Virus record (IMG/VR): IMGVR_UViG_3300030012_001696
Coordinates: 7,601 to 71,600 of that record
Reading direction: 5' to 3' (one strand)
Origin: a virus
Length of the DNA stretch: 64,000 nucleotides
Shown: one piece after another, positions 45,844 to 55,094 of the stretch
Layout of the letters: each line of letters opens with the position of its first letter
How positions within the stretch are numbered: the stretch's first letter is position 1
The notes under the pieces: generated by a model
The model's database searches: none
Seen by the model: the letters and a program-made list of their open reading frames with translations, nothing else
What the model was told of the DNA's origin: nothing
Made by a program: the position numbers and the translations under genes

Positions 45844-47972
45844 TATGAAGCTCTCTTATATTTAGTTCTGTATTCTATTGTAATATCATTTATTTCTAAT
45901 TCGTTAGTGGTATCTGCTCCACTTACATCTAATCTAATAGATTCACAGTCTTGGTTTACTGTAAAAACAAGTGTTTTGAACTGAGCAGAATCAATATCTA
46001 CAGTTTCTGTTGTAGTAAAAGTTCCTCCACTATTACCGTTTAAAAGAGTTTTTAATATAATACCAGCGCTTGAACCATCATCTTTTGCAGTCACATAAAC
46101 TTTATATACTTTTTTTACTCTACCTGGTTCATCAAAATCTATATCTTTCGTTCTAAAAAGCATATGCGAGCCACCGCTATCTCCAGAAGATAGTTTTCTT
46201 ATAGTCTTATTGTTGCTACTATGTGCATATTCTGCAAAGAACATACCGCCTACTGTAGATACTATATTAGACATACCTTTCATACCATTACTATCTACAA
46301 TATCTTGTCTATTTTGCTGAAACCAAGCTTGTGTGTTAAAGTCGTATACAAAAAAACTATTAGTTCCATTTGTTCCAGATTCAGTATTAGCAAAAACAAC
46401 TAACTGTTTGTTGATGTTGTTATAAGATATGGCATGAACTTTACCTGCGGTTCCAGTGTTCCATGAAGAGTCATCTAGCTTTACTGTAAGCTCTGTAGGA
46501 GCTGATTGTCCGTTATATAAGTATACGCCATTTTCATTCACCCAACATACTCCAAAAGCAGTTTTTGTTATAGACTCTGGATATTTACAACCCATACCTT
46601 CATATTCTGCTTCTAAATACCATCCAGCATCAGAGCTTGATGATACATTTATAATATATAATTTATTTTGTTTATATGCTAATAATCTATTTCCCATGCT
46701 AGATAAAGCATTAAAAGAATCTCCATCATTAATTCCTATGTCTAAGAAAAAAGATGTAGGAAATGTTTTAAATCTATTGACAGGACTGTAATGTATTCTG
46801 TCATCAAAAACTTCGTCATTAATTCTTACATTGCAAACCCAAGCCCTTCTAGAACATACAGTTGCTCCTTTAAATCCTCCGATAGTTCCAAAGTCTAGTC
46901 TATCTTCATCTTGAGAATAACCATTAATACTTTCATATGTATCTAGAGCTGGAGACTGTGCGCTTAATCCAGTTACAGAAGCATTCGCTGTACTTCCACT
47001 GGCATAAGTTCCTGAAGTAGACCAAGTTTTGTAATCATCAAATAAGTTTGTTCTAACTCCTCTTTCATAGTCCACATCTAATAACAGTTGATATCTTTCA
47101 TTGCTGTTTTGCGCTCTTACATATATTCTTATTCCTTTTTCACCCTCTCTAAATGCATTGGTTGTATTAATTTTAAAACCTATATCTTCAAAAAATTGAC
47201 CAGCAGTTAAAGTACAAGTGTCAGGACTAGAAAATACATGAGGCAAAGTTTCGTCTCCAGTATAATCTACAAAGGTATATGTAAATTCATATGTATCTGC
47301 TTCCCAACCGCCTCCTGATGCTCCTTTATCATATATAAGTTCGAACTCTCCATCTTGGTCTAATGAAGCTGAAAAAGAATCTGCATCAGCAAAGTTTGCA
47401 AGATTAGTTGCTGTATCTGATACTTTAGCAGAACCTGAGATAAACTTAGCTACATCTACTGTAAATCTAGGTTTGGTAACAAACTGTAATACTTTAGGGT
47501 TGCTATTAGCATCTCCAGATACTACTTTTTTATCTGAAACATATAAACTTCCATCAACAAAATAATATACAGGTTCTACATTTGTAGAGCCGCCTAAAGC
47601 TATTTGATTATCGGTTCCTTGATGTGTAAAATCACCTGTAGCATTATAAGCTCTTGTATAGAATTTTATATCAGTACCGTCTGGATACGCCAAAACTTCT
47701 ACTGATGACTCATATTGTGTTCTAGTGCCACTAGTTCTACCGACATCATATTGTGAATTAAAAGAGAATAAACCATTGCCTTTTGCAGCATGGTTTAATG
47801 AAGTTGCACCAGAAACAAGGTCTGTAGGGAATGCTGAGGTTCTTAAGGTTCCTGGAACGTTTGTCAATGTATTAATACATAAAGTTAACTCATTGAGCGC
47901 AACATCCCTAGGAGAGGACTTGGTATTAAGTCCTCCGCTAAAGTCATTCAGTTTTAACATCTGTTTAGGCAC
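45843..47972 (-). CDS. Tail tube/nozzle protein B (unsplit)
   Basis: DFSGGLN N-terminus; beta-rich; homologous to 35135-37872. Confidence 0.7.
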   Translation of the reverse strand: MPKQMLKLNDFSGGLNTKSSPRDVALNELTLCINTLTNVPGTLRTSAFPTDLVSGATSLNHAAKGNGLFSFNSQYDVGRTSGTRTQYESSVEVLAYPDGTDIKFYTRAYNATGDFTHQGTDNQIALGGSTNVEPVYYFVDGSLYVSDKKVVSGDANSNPKVLQFVTKPRFTVDVAKFISGSAKVSDTATNLANFADADSFSASLDQDGEFELIYDKGASGGGWEADTYEFTYTFVDYTGDETLPHVFSSPDTCTLTAGQFFEDIGFKINTTNAFREGEKGIRIYVRAQNSNERYQLLLDVDYERGVRTNLFDDYKTWSTSGTYASGSTANASVTGLSAQSPALDTYESINGYSQDEDRLDFGTIGGFKGATVCSRRAWVCNVRINDEVFDDRIHYSPVNRFKTFPTSFFLDIGINDGDSFNALSSMGNRLLAYKQNKLYIINVSSSSDAGWYLEAEYEGMGCKYPESITKTAFGVCWVNENGVYLYNGQSAPTELTVKLDDSSWNTGTAGKVHAISYNNINKQLVVFANTESGTNGTNSFFVYDFNTQAWFQQNRQDIVDSNGMKGMSNIVSTVGGMFFAEYAHSSNNKTIRKLSSGDSGGSHMLFRTKDIDFDEPGRVKKVYKVYVTAKDDGSSAGIILKTLLNGNSGGTFTTTETVDIDSAQFKTLVFTVNQDCESIRLDVSGADTTNELEINDITIEYRTKYKRAS

Positions 47973-48002
47973 TTAGCACCCGCATCCGCATTCGCAGTTC
48001 AT
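47973..48002 (-). CDS. 9-aa Cys-rich micropeptide MNCECGCGC, copy B
   Basis: AGGAG RBS; its stop codon abuts the GTG start of the nozzle gene. Confidence 0.75.
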   Translation of the reverse strand: MNCECGCGC

Positions 48003-48011
48003 ATTTCTCTC

Positions 48012-48170
48012 CTATTTTTTGTTTAGAGTTTTTTTCACTTCTGCCCATAACTTGTCATCTAATTTGTTAGATGATTTAGCTACAAGCCAATCTCCTAGGT
48101 GCATAATGATAGCTTTGATAAGCTTCTCTGTACCTAAACTTGTAAGAACTTTACCTAATATTGGTCCCAT
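48012..48170 (-). CDS. 52-aa amphipathic protein, copy B
   Basis: GAGGAGG-type RBS; MGPILGKVLTSL...AKSSNKLDDKLWAEVKK. Confidence 0.75.
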   Translation of the reverse strand: MGPILGKVLTSLGTEKLIKAIIMHLGDWLVAKSSNKLDDKLWAEVKKTLNKK

Positions 48171-48185
48171 GATTCCTCCTGTTAA

Positions 48186-48500
48186 TTAGCATTTCCATCT
48201 TCTACGTGCTTGTCTTATTCTAGAATTAGGATTATTCCTAGTTTTAGCAGAACTTCTTTTCAGTTGTCCTAAAGACCTTGCACAATAAGACTTTCTTCTT
48301 TTAGCTGCTTTGCTACCTTTCTTTACTTTACCAGTAACAGCAGTTTTTAATTTACTTCCAGGGTTTGCTCTTCTGTAAGCAGCAACACCCTTTTTAGTCA
48401 TTCCAGCGCCTTTTTTAGTAGGTCTGTAATTGGCATTCTTGCCTTTTGTAGTTCTTCTTATAGACTTTGCTTTTCTTTTACTTTTTTTGCGAGCTGGCAT
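48186..48500 (-). CDS. Small basic protein (DUF6321-like)
   Basis: G.T.KG...YRRANPGSKLK...RRKSYCAR...RRWKC. Confidence 0.75.
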   Translation of the reverse strand: MPARKKSKRKAKSIRRTTKGKNANYRPTKKGAGMTKKGVAAYRRANPGSKLKTAVTGKVKKGSKAAKRRKSYCARSLGQLKRSSAKTRNNPNSRIRQARRRWKC

Positions 48501-48624
48501 TTTTCATTTTACCTTTACCATTACCTTGTTTCATAGCTCTCAACGCTGCAAAATCTGCAGCAGTAATTTTACCAAAAGGTTTAGCTACATCTATATTTTT
48601 CATTTTACCTTTTAATCCAGGCAT
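48478..48624 (-). CDS. 48-aa basic microprotein (GKITAADF motif)
   Basis: TAATG coupling to the Trx-like gene; translated by eye. Confidence 0.55.
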   Translation of the reverse strand: MPGLKGKMKNIDVAKPFGKITAADFAALRAMKQGNGKGKMKNASSQKK

Positions 48625-49007
48625 TATTGAATCTCCTTCTTAATCTTATTAAAAACTTCTTGCTCATCAAATCTCATACTGATACCAGGTTCATATCTCA
48701 TAACCTCTTTACCTTCTTTAAGAATGATAATAGTAGGGACAACTTTAATATTCCATTCTTTTTGAATTACTGCACCAACAGCCTTGTTATTTAAGTCTAT
48801 TTCTCCTACGTAACAAAGTTTAGCTAGCTTTTCTACCTTAACTCTGTTTGCGTGATTCCAAGACGCATTAACTTGTACTACTGCGCATTTTTGTATGTTT
48901 AACGCTTGTATTTCTGCAAAATTATCTAAGTTGACTGATTGTGAGTGCAACCATGATAGTGATGAGCAGAGCGTTAATACCAAGTATGATATAAATCTGT
49001 TGTTCAT
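48624..49007 (-). CDS. Secreted thioredoxin-fold protein lacking CxxC, copy B
   Basis: 114/127 residues identical to 38076-38459. Confidence 0.75.
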   Translation of the reverse strand: MNNRFISYLVLTLCSSLSWLHSQSVNLDNFAEIQALNIQKCAVVQVNASWNHANRVKVEKLAKLCYVGEIDLNNKAVGAVIQKEWNIKVVPTIIILKEGKEVMRYEPGISMRFDEQEVFNKIKKEIQ

Positions 49008-49019
49008 TTGTAAACCTCA

Positions 49020-49316
49020 TTATTTGTTATTCATGTCTATAAGAGTCTCAGTGATAGCTCTAGTGTCTTCTTTAATATCATCTACTTTTTCTTCAAGCTT
49101 ATCTACTTTACCCTCTGTGTTTAATATTGAATCACGAATCATTTGGTCTTTTAAATCATATTCCATACGTGAAACCTCTGGTTCTGGTAGTTCTTTTGCA
49201 AGTTCTATTTCTGCTTGCAAAGAATACCACATACCAATAATCATACCTACAGTGACTAAGATACTGATACCTGTCTCTATAGATAATGTAAATTTAGTGT
49301 CTTTTCCTACTTCCAT
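49020..49316 (-). CDS. Single-TM coiled-coil protein, copy B
   Basis: Near-identical to 38472-38768. Confidence 0.75.
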   Translation of the reverse strand: MEVGKDTKFTLSIETGISILVTVGMIIGMWYSLQAEIELAKELPEPEVSRMEYDLKDQMIRDSILNTEGKVDKLEEKVDDIKEDTRAITETLIDMNNK

Positions 49317-49326
49317 TATTGCCCCT

Positions 49327-49779
49327 TTATCTCATATCTGCTGGAACTACAGCCCTAGTCCCGCCGACTTTATCGTTTTTCTTCATACCGTATCTACGTA
49401 CAGCTTCTTTGTAACTAGCCATACATTGTTGTGCGGAAGCCATTCTAATTTGAGCAAGACCTGGGTCTGTTGCTCTAGAAGCTGCGTCCATTAAAGCTTT
49501 TGATTTTACATAATCTATTAACGCTGGTTGTAAAACATTATCTATATCTATTGTACCAGTAATGCTTGTAAGTTTATCTGGTTCTGCATAATAAGAAACA
49601 ACAAGACCGTCAATCATCTGGTCTCCAGTAGAACCAAGCTGTACTGCTTTTAATCTACCTTTGTCAGTTTCTGTTGTACTTCCATCTCCTTCTGTGGTAG
49701 CAATAGCTAATCTATCGCCTTCTACCCACCATACAAAAGTTTTACTAGGGTCTTTATATGTGCTACTTACAAAAGCCAT
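49327..49779 (-). CDS. Putative head-tail adaptor component
   Basis: YYAEP...ID...QPALIDYVKSKA resembles adaptor C-termini; position between capsid and tail genes. Confidence 0.5.
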   Translation of the reverse strand: MAFVSSTYKDPSKTFVWWVEGDRLAIATTEGDGSTTETDKGRLKAVQLGSTGDQMIDGLVVSYYAEPDKLTSITGTIDIDNVLQPALIDYVKSKALMDAASRATDPGLAQIRMASAQQCMASYKEAVRRYGMKKNDKVGGTRAVVPADMR

Positions 49780-50120
49780 TATATCTCCGTCCAGTTTGTA
49801 TTAGCTGCTGTACTTGTTTCACTGTAGAATTGTTTTATCTCTCCATTTGTTAATCTAGGAATCTTTATATATTCTCCATCTGAATTAAGTATTGTACATC
49901 TAAATAACTTGTTAACAGTTATTGATTCATCGTCATCTAACGCATACCATAGTTGGTCATGCACTAAGTTTGTTTTTGCATTTTCTATTTGATTGGTGTA
50001 TCTACCCATGTCAATTAATGCTTCGTTGATTAAGTTTAGTACATAGTTCTCTGATATACCAGGAACTGCTTGCAGTACTCTACTATAAATTTCTTTTGCT
50101 GTAAATTCTATCGCAGCCAT
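49779..50120 (-). CDS. Putative head-tail adaptor component
   Basis: T..EI..RV...VLNLINEAL resembles adaptor N-termini. Confidence 0.5.
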   Translation of the reverse strand: MAAIEFTAKEIYSRVLQAVPGISENYVLNLINEALIDMGRYTNQIENAKTNLVHDQLWYALDDDESITVNKLFRCTILNSDGEYIKIPRLTNGEIKQFYSETSTAANTNWTEI

Positions 50121-51943
50121 TATAATACTCCTTGAAGGGTTTGTATTTGTTCTTTATATCTTGCATCTATTGCAGCATATTGTTTTTCATACCAGCTATA
50201 TTTTGCTATATCTTTTTGTAAATTAGAATTATATTCTTGAATTTCGTCGTTTACCTGAGCGGCATACTTTGATATTTCAGCAGAAAATTTGTTAAGAATA
50301 TCATCGTTATTTTGTATAGCTGCTGCCATTGTTTGTGCTGCATTTTGCAATGCTAACGCCTGGTCAGCTGCTTTGTTAGCTAAGTCAACTTGAGTTGCTT
50401 GTTGTGCTTCTTGTCTAGCATCAGCAGCATCTATGTTAGCTTGATTTAATGCTTTTTGCAAATCAGATTGATGTTTCTGTATTTCTGCTTGTATGTTTGC
50501 CTGATATCTAACATTATCTTTATTAAATTCATTTAACTCGTTTTGTATATCTAAACTGAAATTTTGTAATTCTGTATCTCTTTTTTTAGCAAAGATAGAA
50601 AAGTCTTTTTCATAGTTGGCTCTGTATAAGGTTACTTCCTTATTTATATTTTGTTCATACAATCTTAATTCAGAAACAAATTTAGAAACCAAGTCATCAT
50701 TGTTTTGTATTGTTGCTTGCATAGTTTGAGCTGCATTCTGTAATGCCAAGGCTTGGTCTTGAGCTTTATTAAATTTATCTACATCTGTAGCTTGAGATGC
50801 TTCTTGTTGAGCATCTCTAGCATCAAGCTCGGCTTGAGTGACAGCTTTTCTTAAATCTGAATTGTGTTTTGCTAGCTCTGCCTCAACATTAGCTCTATAC
50901 CTTGCATTTTCTTTGTTAAATTCATTAAGTTCATTTTGTATATCAGCTTGATATTCTGCTAGCTCGTTATTTAATCTACCTAATTGTAATTGTGCTAACT
51001 CTACATCTTCATTTGTTTCTAAAAATGTTTCAAACTGTGCTATGTCAAAAGTCTGTGTAGGTTTGTCATAAGTAGGGACATCTCCAGATATATCTGCCTT
51101 AGCAACTGTAGCAACTGTAATAGCTGATACAGCAGAAGCGCTAGCATCTGCGTTAGATGCAGCAGAATAGCTTACTGTACCCAAACTTGGAACACTAGGA
51201 GCAGATGAACTTATACTTAAATCTGATATACTAATACTTGACAAACTTACAGAAGGCTTGCTATAACTAGGAACGTCTCCTGATATATCAGCTTTTGATA
51301 CACTAGCAACTGTTATAGCTCCAACAGAACTAGCGCTTGCATCTGAATTACTAGCCGCTGAATAGCTTACTGTTGATATGCTTGGAGCACTTGGTGCGCT
51401 TACACTTACAGTTAGAGCGCTAATTGCATTCATATTATTCATTAGTCTGTTTAACGCATTTCTTGCTCCATATAAAACTACTGCTTCTTCTGCTTCATCT
51501 GGAAAGTTTGCTATTGAACTATCTCCATGTGCTACAGTTATTGAAGAGTTTACAAAAACAACTCTACTATCATTGCTTGCATTACTTCCTGGATATGTAT
51601 TTAACACATCATTTTGTATAATATATGCTGGGTCTGTTTCTGACGCAGCTTCCATATAGTTTGTATCGTTAACAATACCCATCATCATAGGTGATAATTT
51701 TCTACATGGCATATAAATCTTGCTTGCGTGATTGTCATCTTTTCTAACAACCGCTAAAATCTTTTTACCCTCTACATCTATATTGTTTGTAAAGTTTTCA
51801 TTGCTTGCTACTCTCTCTAGCTTGTTTAGAGGAAGTATATTCATCACAGAACGAGCACCAGCTGATAACCAGTCACTTAATGCTGTATCATCAGTGCTTG
51901 CAAAGCCTGTCAAATCATCTATTCTTGTTTTAAAATCAGCCAT
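50120..51943 (-). CDS. Structural protein with two internally duplicated blocks and long coiled coils
   Basis: Repeats visible in the translation; position in the structural operon. Confidence 0.65.
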   Translation of the reverse strand: MADFKTRIDDLTGFASTDDTALSDWLSAGARSVMNILPLNKLERVASNENFTNNIDVEGKKILAVVRKDDNHASKIYMPCRKLSPMMMGIVNDTNYMEAASETDPAYIIQNDVLNTYPGSNASNDSRVVFVNSSITVAHGDSSIANFPDEAEEAVVLYGARNALNRLMNNMNAISALTVSVSAPSAPSISTVSYSAASNSDASASSVGAITVASVSKADISGDVPSYSKPSVSLSSISISDLSISSSAPSVPSLGTVSYSAASNADASASAVSAITVATVAKADISGDVPTYDKPTQTFDIAQFETFLETNEDVELAQLQLGRLNNELAEYQADIQNELNEFNKENARYRANVEAELAKHNSDLRKAVTQAELDARDAQQEASQATDVDKFNKAQDQALALQNAAQTMQATIQNNDDLVSKFVSELRLYEQNINKEVTLYRANYEKDFSIFAKKRDTELQNFSLDIQNELNEFNKDNVRYQANIQAEIQKHQSDLQKALNQANIDAADARQEAQQATQVDLANKAADQALALQNAAQTMAAAIQNNDDILNKFSAEISKYAAQVNDEIQEYNSNLQKDIAKYSWYEKQYAAIDARYKEQIQTLQGVL

Positions 51944-52086
51944 TACTTACCTTGTCCTCTATACTTTTTTACGTAATACTTTTTACTTGTTTTAGTGCCA
52001 TACTTAGTATTTACACTCTTTCCTTGTCTTGTTTTTTTCTTTCCGTTAGTATGTCTAACTTGTGTTCCAAAAGCAGGTCTTCTCAT
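51943..52086 (-). CDS. 47-aa basic microprotein (RHTNGRKKTRQG...KKYRGQGK)
   Basis: Homolog of 3911-4051; coupled on both sides. Confidence 0.8.
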   Translation of the reverse strand: MRRPAFGTQVRHTNGKKKTRQGKSVNTKYGTKTSKKYYVKKYRGQGK

Positions 52087-52355
52087 TTCTTTCTCCTGCT
52101 TCTAGCAAATGTTCTAACGTTAGTTGGTTTACCTCCAACTCCTTGAGCTTTTGCTCTCTTTCTTGTTACTGCACTTCTTTTTTGTGAAGCGCTCATTGTT
52201 CTAGCTTTAGCAGCTGGAACACATTTAGGATATTTTCTTTTACTATTTTTAGCAGATTTACGTCCACACTTCTGATATTTACCACCTTTTTTCTTAGAGC
52301 CGATGTCTACCCAATCTTCTCTAAACCATTTACGTAATCCACCTTGATATGCCAT
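52083..52355 (-). CDS. Small basic protein (GLRKWFREDWVD...YPKCVP family)
   Basis: Motif common in marine phages. Confidence 0.75.
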   Translation of the reverse strand: MAYQGGLRKWFREDWVDIGSKKKGGKYQKCGRKSAKNSKRKYPKCVPAAKARTMSASQKRSAVTRKRAKAQGVGGKPTNVRTFARSRRKK

Positions 52356-52519
52356 TATCTATAACCGCCGCCACGTTTTTTATATGTTCTTACTAACCAC
52401 GCATTTGCGTATGCAGAAGGATATACTTTAAACTTTCTCTTTGCTTCAGACTTTACTCTTGAATACAAAGAAGGATTAGTTGGCGTAGGGCTTCCTTTTT
52501 TTCTTTTCTTTTTTGGCAT
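52355..52519 (-). CDS. 54-aa basic protein (YPSAYANAWLVRTYKKRGGGY; DUF5872-like)
   Basis: Translated by eye; TAATG/TGATG coupling. Confidence 0.7.
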   Translation of the reverse strand: MPKKKRKKGSPTPTNPSLYSRVKSEAKRKFKVYPSAYANAWLVRTYKKRGGGYR

Positions 52520-52665
52520 CACTTTCCTCCATGAGTTTTTACTACTTTCATAGGCATAGACAATGAAGCTCCTTTATGTCTTTTAAACTTAGCTCCATGT
52601 TTCATCAAAACATAGCCTTTGCCTTTTTTCATAAAATGATAGCCTTTAGGCGCTTTTACTCTCAT
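52519..52665 (-). CDS. 48-aa basic protein (MRVKAPKGYHFMK...)
   Basis: Translated by eye; coupled on both sides. Confidence 0.65.
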   Translation of the reverse strand: MRVKAPKGYHFMKKGKGYVLMKHGAKFKRHKGASLSMPMKVVKTHGGK

Positions 52666-52745
52666 TAGTACTTCTTACCGTAATTTTTTTTCTTCTTTAC
52701 TACTTTTTTCTTCTTTACTGCTTTTTTACCTTTTTTCATTGGCAT
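52665..52745 (-). CDS. 26-aa poly-lysine peptide (MPMKKGKKAVKKKKVVKKKKNYGKKY)
   Basis: TAATG coupling at both ends. Confidence 0.6.
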   Translation of the reverse strand: MPMKKGKKAVKKKKVVKKKKNYGKKY

Positions 52746-52999
52746 TACATTACCCTTATTCCTTTCCCACGCGGTGTGGGTTTTGCGTTCTTTTTGCTTT
52801 CTTGCATCTTTTTTACACCATCTTCCATTGACATATGATTGATGTCAATCTGGTCTTTTCTAATTGCTGTTGCAAAAGGATTACCTTCTCTTATAACAAA
52901 ATTAGTATTCCATTTGCTAGGAGCTGCTCTTAGCCCACATGAAGGACAGTTAAAGTAGCCTTCTGGATTAGGCGTGTCGCAGTGTTGACAATTAGCCAT
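52745..52999 (-). CDS. Zinc-ribbon protein
   Basis: CQHC...CPSCG. Confidence 0.65.
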   Translation of the reverse strand: MANCQHCDTPNPEGYFNCPSCGLRAAPSKWNTNFVIREGNPFATAIRKDQIDINHMSMEDGVKKMQESKKNAKPTPRGKGIRVM

Positions 53000-53196
53000 T
53001 ATCCTTTAGCTACTACTATGTAAGCAACTCTAGTAGAGTCAAGCTTAACTGCTTGAATATCTACAATAGCATTAGTGCTATCATCTAAAGTTTGAATATA
53101 GTCATTAATTTCTTTAGCTAATGAACCAGCAGTTGAATCTGATTTAACACTAAGGTCATTAATAATAATCTTTGTAGTTGTATTATAATTTGCCAT
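52999..53196 (-). CDS. Hypothetical (possibly structural) protein
   Basis: AGGAG RBS. Confidence 0.6.
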   Translation of the reverse strand: MANYNTTTKIIINDLSVKSDSTAGSLAKEINDYIQTLDDSTNAIVDIQAVKLDSTRVAYIVVAKG

Positions 53197-53232
53197 TTTT
53201 TCTCCTATTATTTAAAATTCTTTATAGGTTTC

Positions 53233-53253
53233 GGAGTGGGACTAGCCCACTCC
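53233..53253 (-). terminator. Stem-loop after the capsid/decoration genes (terminator or processing site)
   Basis: GGAGTGGG-actag-CCCACTCC, a perfect 8-bp stem. Confidence 0.55.
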
Positions 53254-53270
53254 ATAGTACCTAATAACTA

Positions 53271-53705
53271 TTATGATGTTGTAATACCGTCATTGATTGC
53301 GCTTAATCCATTAGCGTAGTACTCACCATTCCAGAACAGAAGTTCTACAAAGTCTCCTCTTTGAGAAGCAGCTTCTAAAATAATATTAGAAACCTGAGTT
53401 CCAGCAGTTGAATTAGCAGCGTCTCCGCCTGCATCTTTCATTACTAATGAAATGATTGCACTTCCTGCTTTAATTGTAACATCATTAGTAGGTGTTTCTT
53501 CATGTACAATAAATTTGTACACTGCTCCGTTTTGTGCTGTTGAAGCTGTAGGTAGAGTTATATCATAAGCTCCACCTTCAGAAGAAACCATAAAGACCTT
53601 ACCTGAGTCTGATTCTACTATTGTTTTTGCAGCGGTAATGTGTTCTACATTAACTAGTAAGCCACCAATACCACTATTTTTTTCTAGTAATCCACCTTTA
53701 GCCAT
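53271..53705 (-). CDS. Putative capsid decoration protein (start corrected to MAKGGLL)
   Basis: Follows the MCP; DSGKVF...ITLP...G..YKF pattern; GGAGG RBS before 53705. Confidence 0.6.
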   Translation of the reverse strand: MAKGGLLEKNSGIGGLLVNVEHITAAKTIVESDSGKVFMVSSEGGAYDITLPTASTAQNGAVYKFIVHEETPTNDVTIKAGSAIISLVMKDAGGDAANSTAGTQVSNIILEAASQRGDFVELLFWNGEYYANGLSAINDGITTS

Positions 53706-53706
53706 T

Positions 53707-55077
53707 TTATAATCCCTCCACGTTGTATAGAGCGTGACATTCAGGTAATGAGATTTCAAGACCAGCTTCAGTCATAATCATGTCTTTTCTCAAATCTTCA
53801 TCCGCAGCTTGTACGTTTGTCATAATTTGAGTGTCACGATTAATACCGTTACCAACTAATGGTCTGTATGCTAATTTAGACATATCAGCCATAAGCATGA
53901 AGCCACTTGCAATTCCTCTGAATAGAGGTTCTTTCACTAAGAACATTGAACCGTGCACAGTGTTGATTTCCATTAACTGGTGACCAAAACTACCTGCTAC
54001 ATTGTTCATGTTAACTCTGTATGGTCCATTTGCATGTCCAACAGAAGCGTCAATGAAAGCACCGTCGCCCATTTTGTTGAAGAATGTAATTACTGGCAAT
54101 GAAGCTAGTACAAGTCTTTCACTTGAACCGCCTCTTGCTGGGTCAAAAATAACCTCTAAGTCAGCAAGCAATCTATCATATGTAAGTTCACTCTGTGCTA
54201 CACTTCTGTAGTAAGGGTTACCTGATGAATATGAAAATGCTGAATCGTCAGTTACTGGTTGAACATTTTTAACAATGTGTCCAACTAGACCTTCAGTGTA
54301 TTGTACTCCGTTAACACGAGCTTTTTGACCGAAAAGCATAGCTCTTTCGATGTCTACTTTGTGTTCACGTAATTTTTGAGCCCAAATTCTATCGAACTCG
54401 TTTGCATAGCCACGATATCTTGTAGCTATTGCTGTGTTTGTCATCTCACAAGCTGTTTTAAAGATTTGAGTATAACCAAAGTCATCTTCAATAGTATCTG
54501 AGAAAGTGTCAGGTGAACCTGTTCCTTCTCCGAATGATGTACCAACAATTTGACATTCGTCATTGTCAGCTAATACATTGTATCCTGATACGTTTGAATT
54601 AGACAATTCAATAACTCTACCTGAGAAGGTAGTGTTAGCTGATTGTACGTTTGGTGCAGACTCAACTCTAACTAATGCTTGTGCATAACCGCCAGTCCCA
54701 TCGACTGTTTTAACAGCTACGACCATTCCTTTTGTAAGGAAGCCAATAGCTGAACCTGCTCCATCATCAACTGTAAAATCGTATAGATTTGGTGATGATA
54801 CAGCACTTCCACCGTTTACGGCTGCTGCTAAGCTGAAGTTACGTGCAGTGTAGTTAGTGACAGTTCTATTTTCAAGATATCTGAAAATATTATCGTCAGT
54901 AGCTACCTTAGCAACTTGACTTAGATAGACGAAAAAAGGTGACTCCTCTGGCATAAGTTCTGCAACTCTATCAGAGAAATCATACAGCTTTCTTTGGTCT
55001 GGAGCCTGTCCGTAATCTGCGCTAGTAGCAGCTGCGGTTATTTGTGATGCCTTTAATTGTCCTTGATTAAAAGCCAT
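53707..55077 (-). CDS. Major capsid protein (DUF5309/SU10-like, HK97 fold)
   Basis: E.PF, YTQIFKT, KLREHKVDIERAMLFG and D.IMTEAGLE; follows scaffold and portal. Confidence 0.88.
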   Translation of the reverse strand: MAFNQGQLKASQITAAATSADYGQAPDQRKLYDFSDRVAELMPEESPFFVYLSQVAKVATDDNIFRYLENRTVTNYTARNFSLAAAVNGGSAVSSPNLYDFTVDDGAGSAIGFLTKGMVVAVKTVDGTGGYAQALVRVESAPNVQSANTTFSGRVIELSNSNVSGYNVLADNDECQIVGTSFGEGTGSPDTFSDTIEDDFGYTQIFKTACEMTNTAIATRYRGYANEFDRIWAQKLREHKVDIERAMLFGQKARVNGVQYTEGLVGHIVKNVQPVTDDSAFSYSSGNPYYRSVAQSELTYDRLLADLEVIFDPARGGSSERLVLASLPVITFFNKMGDGAFIDASVGHANGPYRVNMNNVAGSFGHQLMEINTVHGSMFLVKEPLFRGIASGFMLMADMSKLAYRPLVGNGINRDTQIMTNVQAADEDLRKDMIMTEAGLEISLPECHALYNVEGL

Positions 55078-55094
55078 TTTATTTCACTCCTAAG

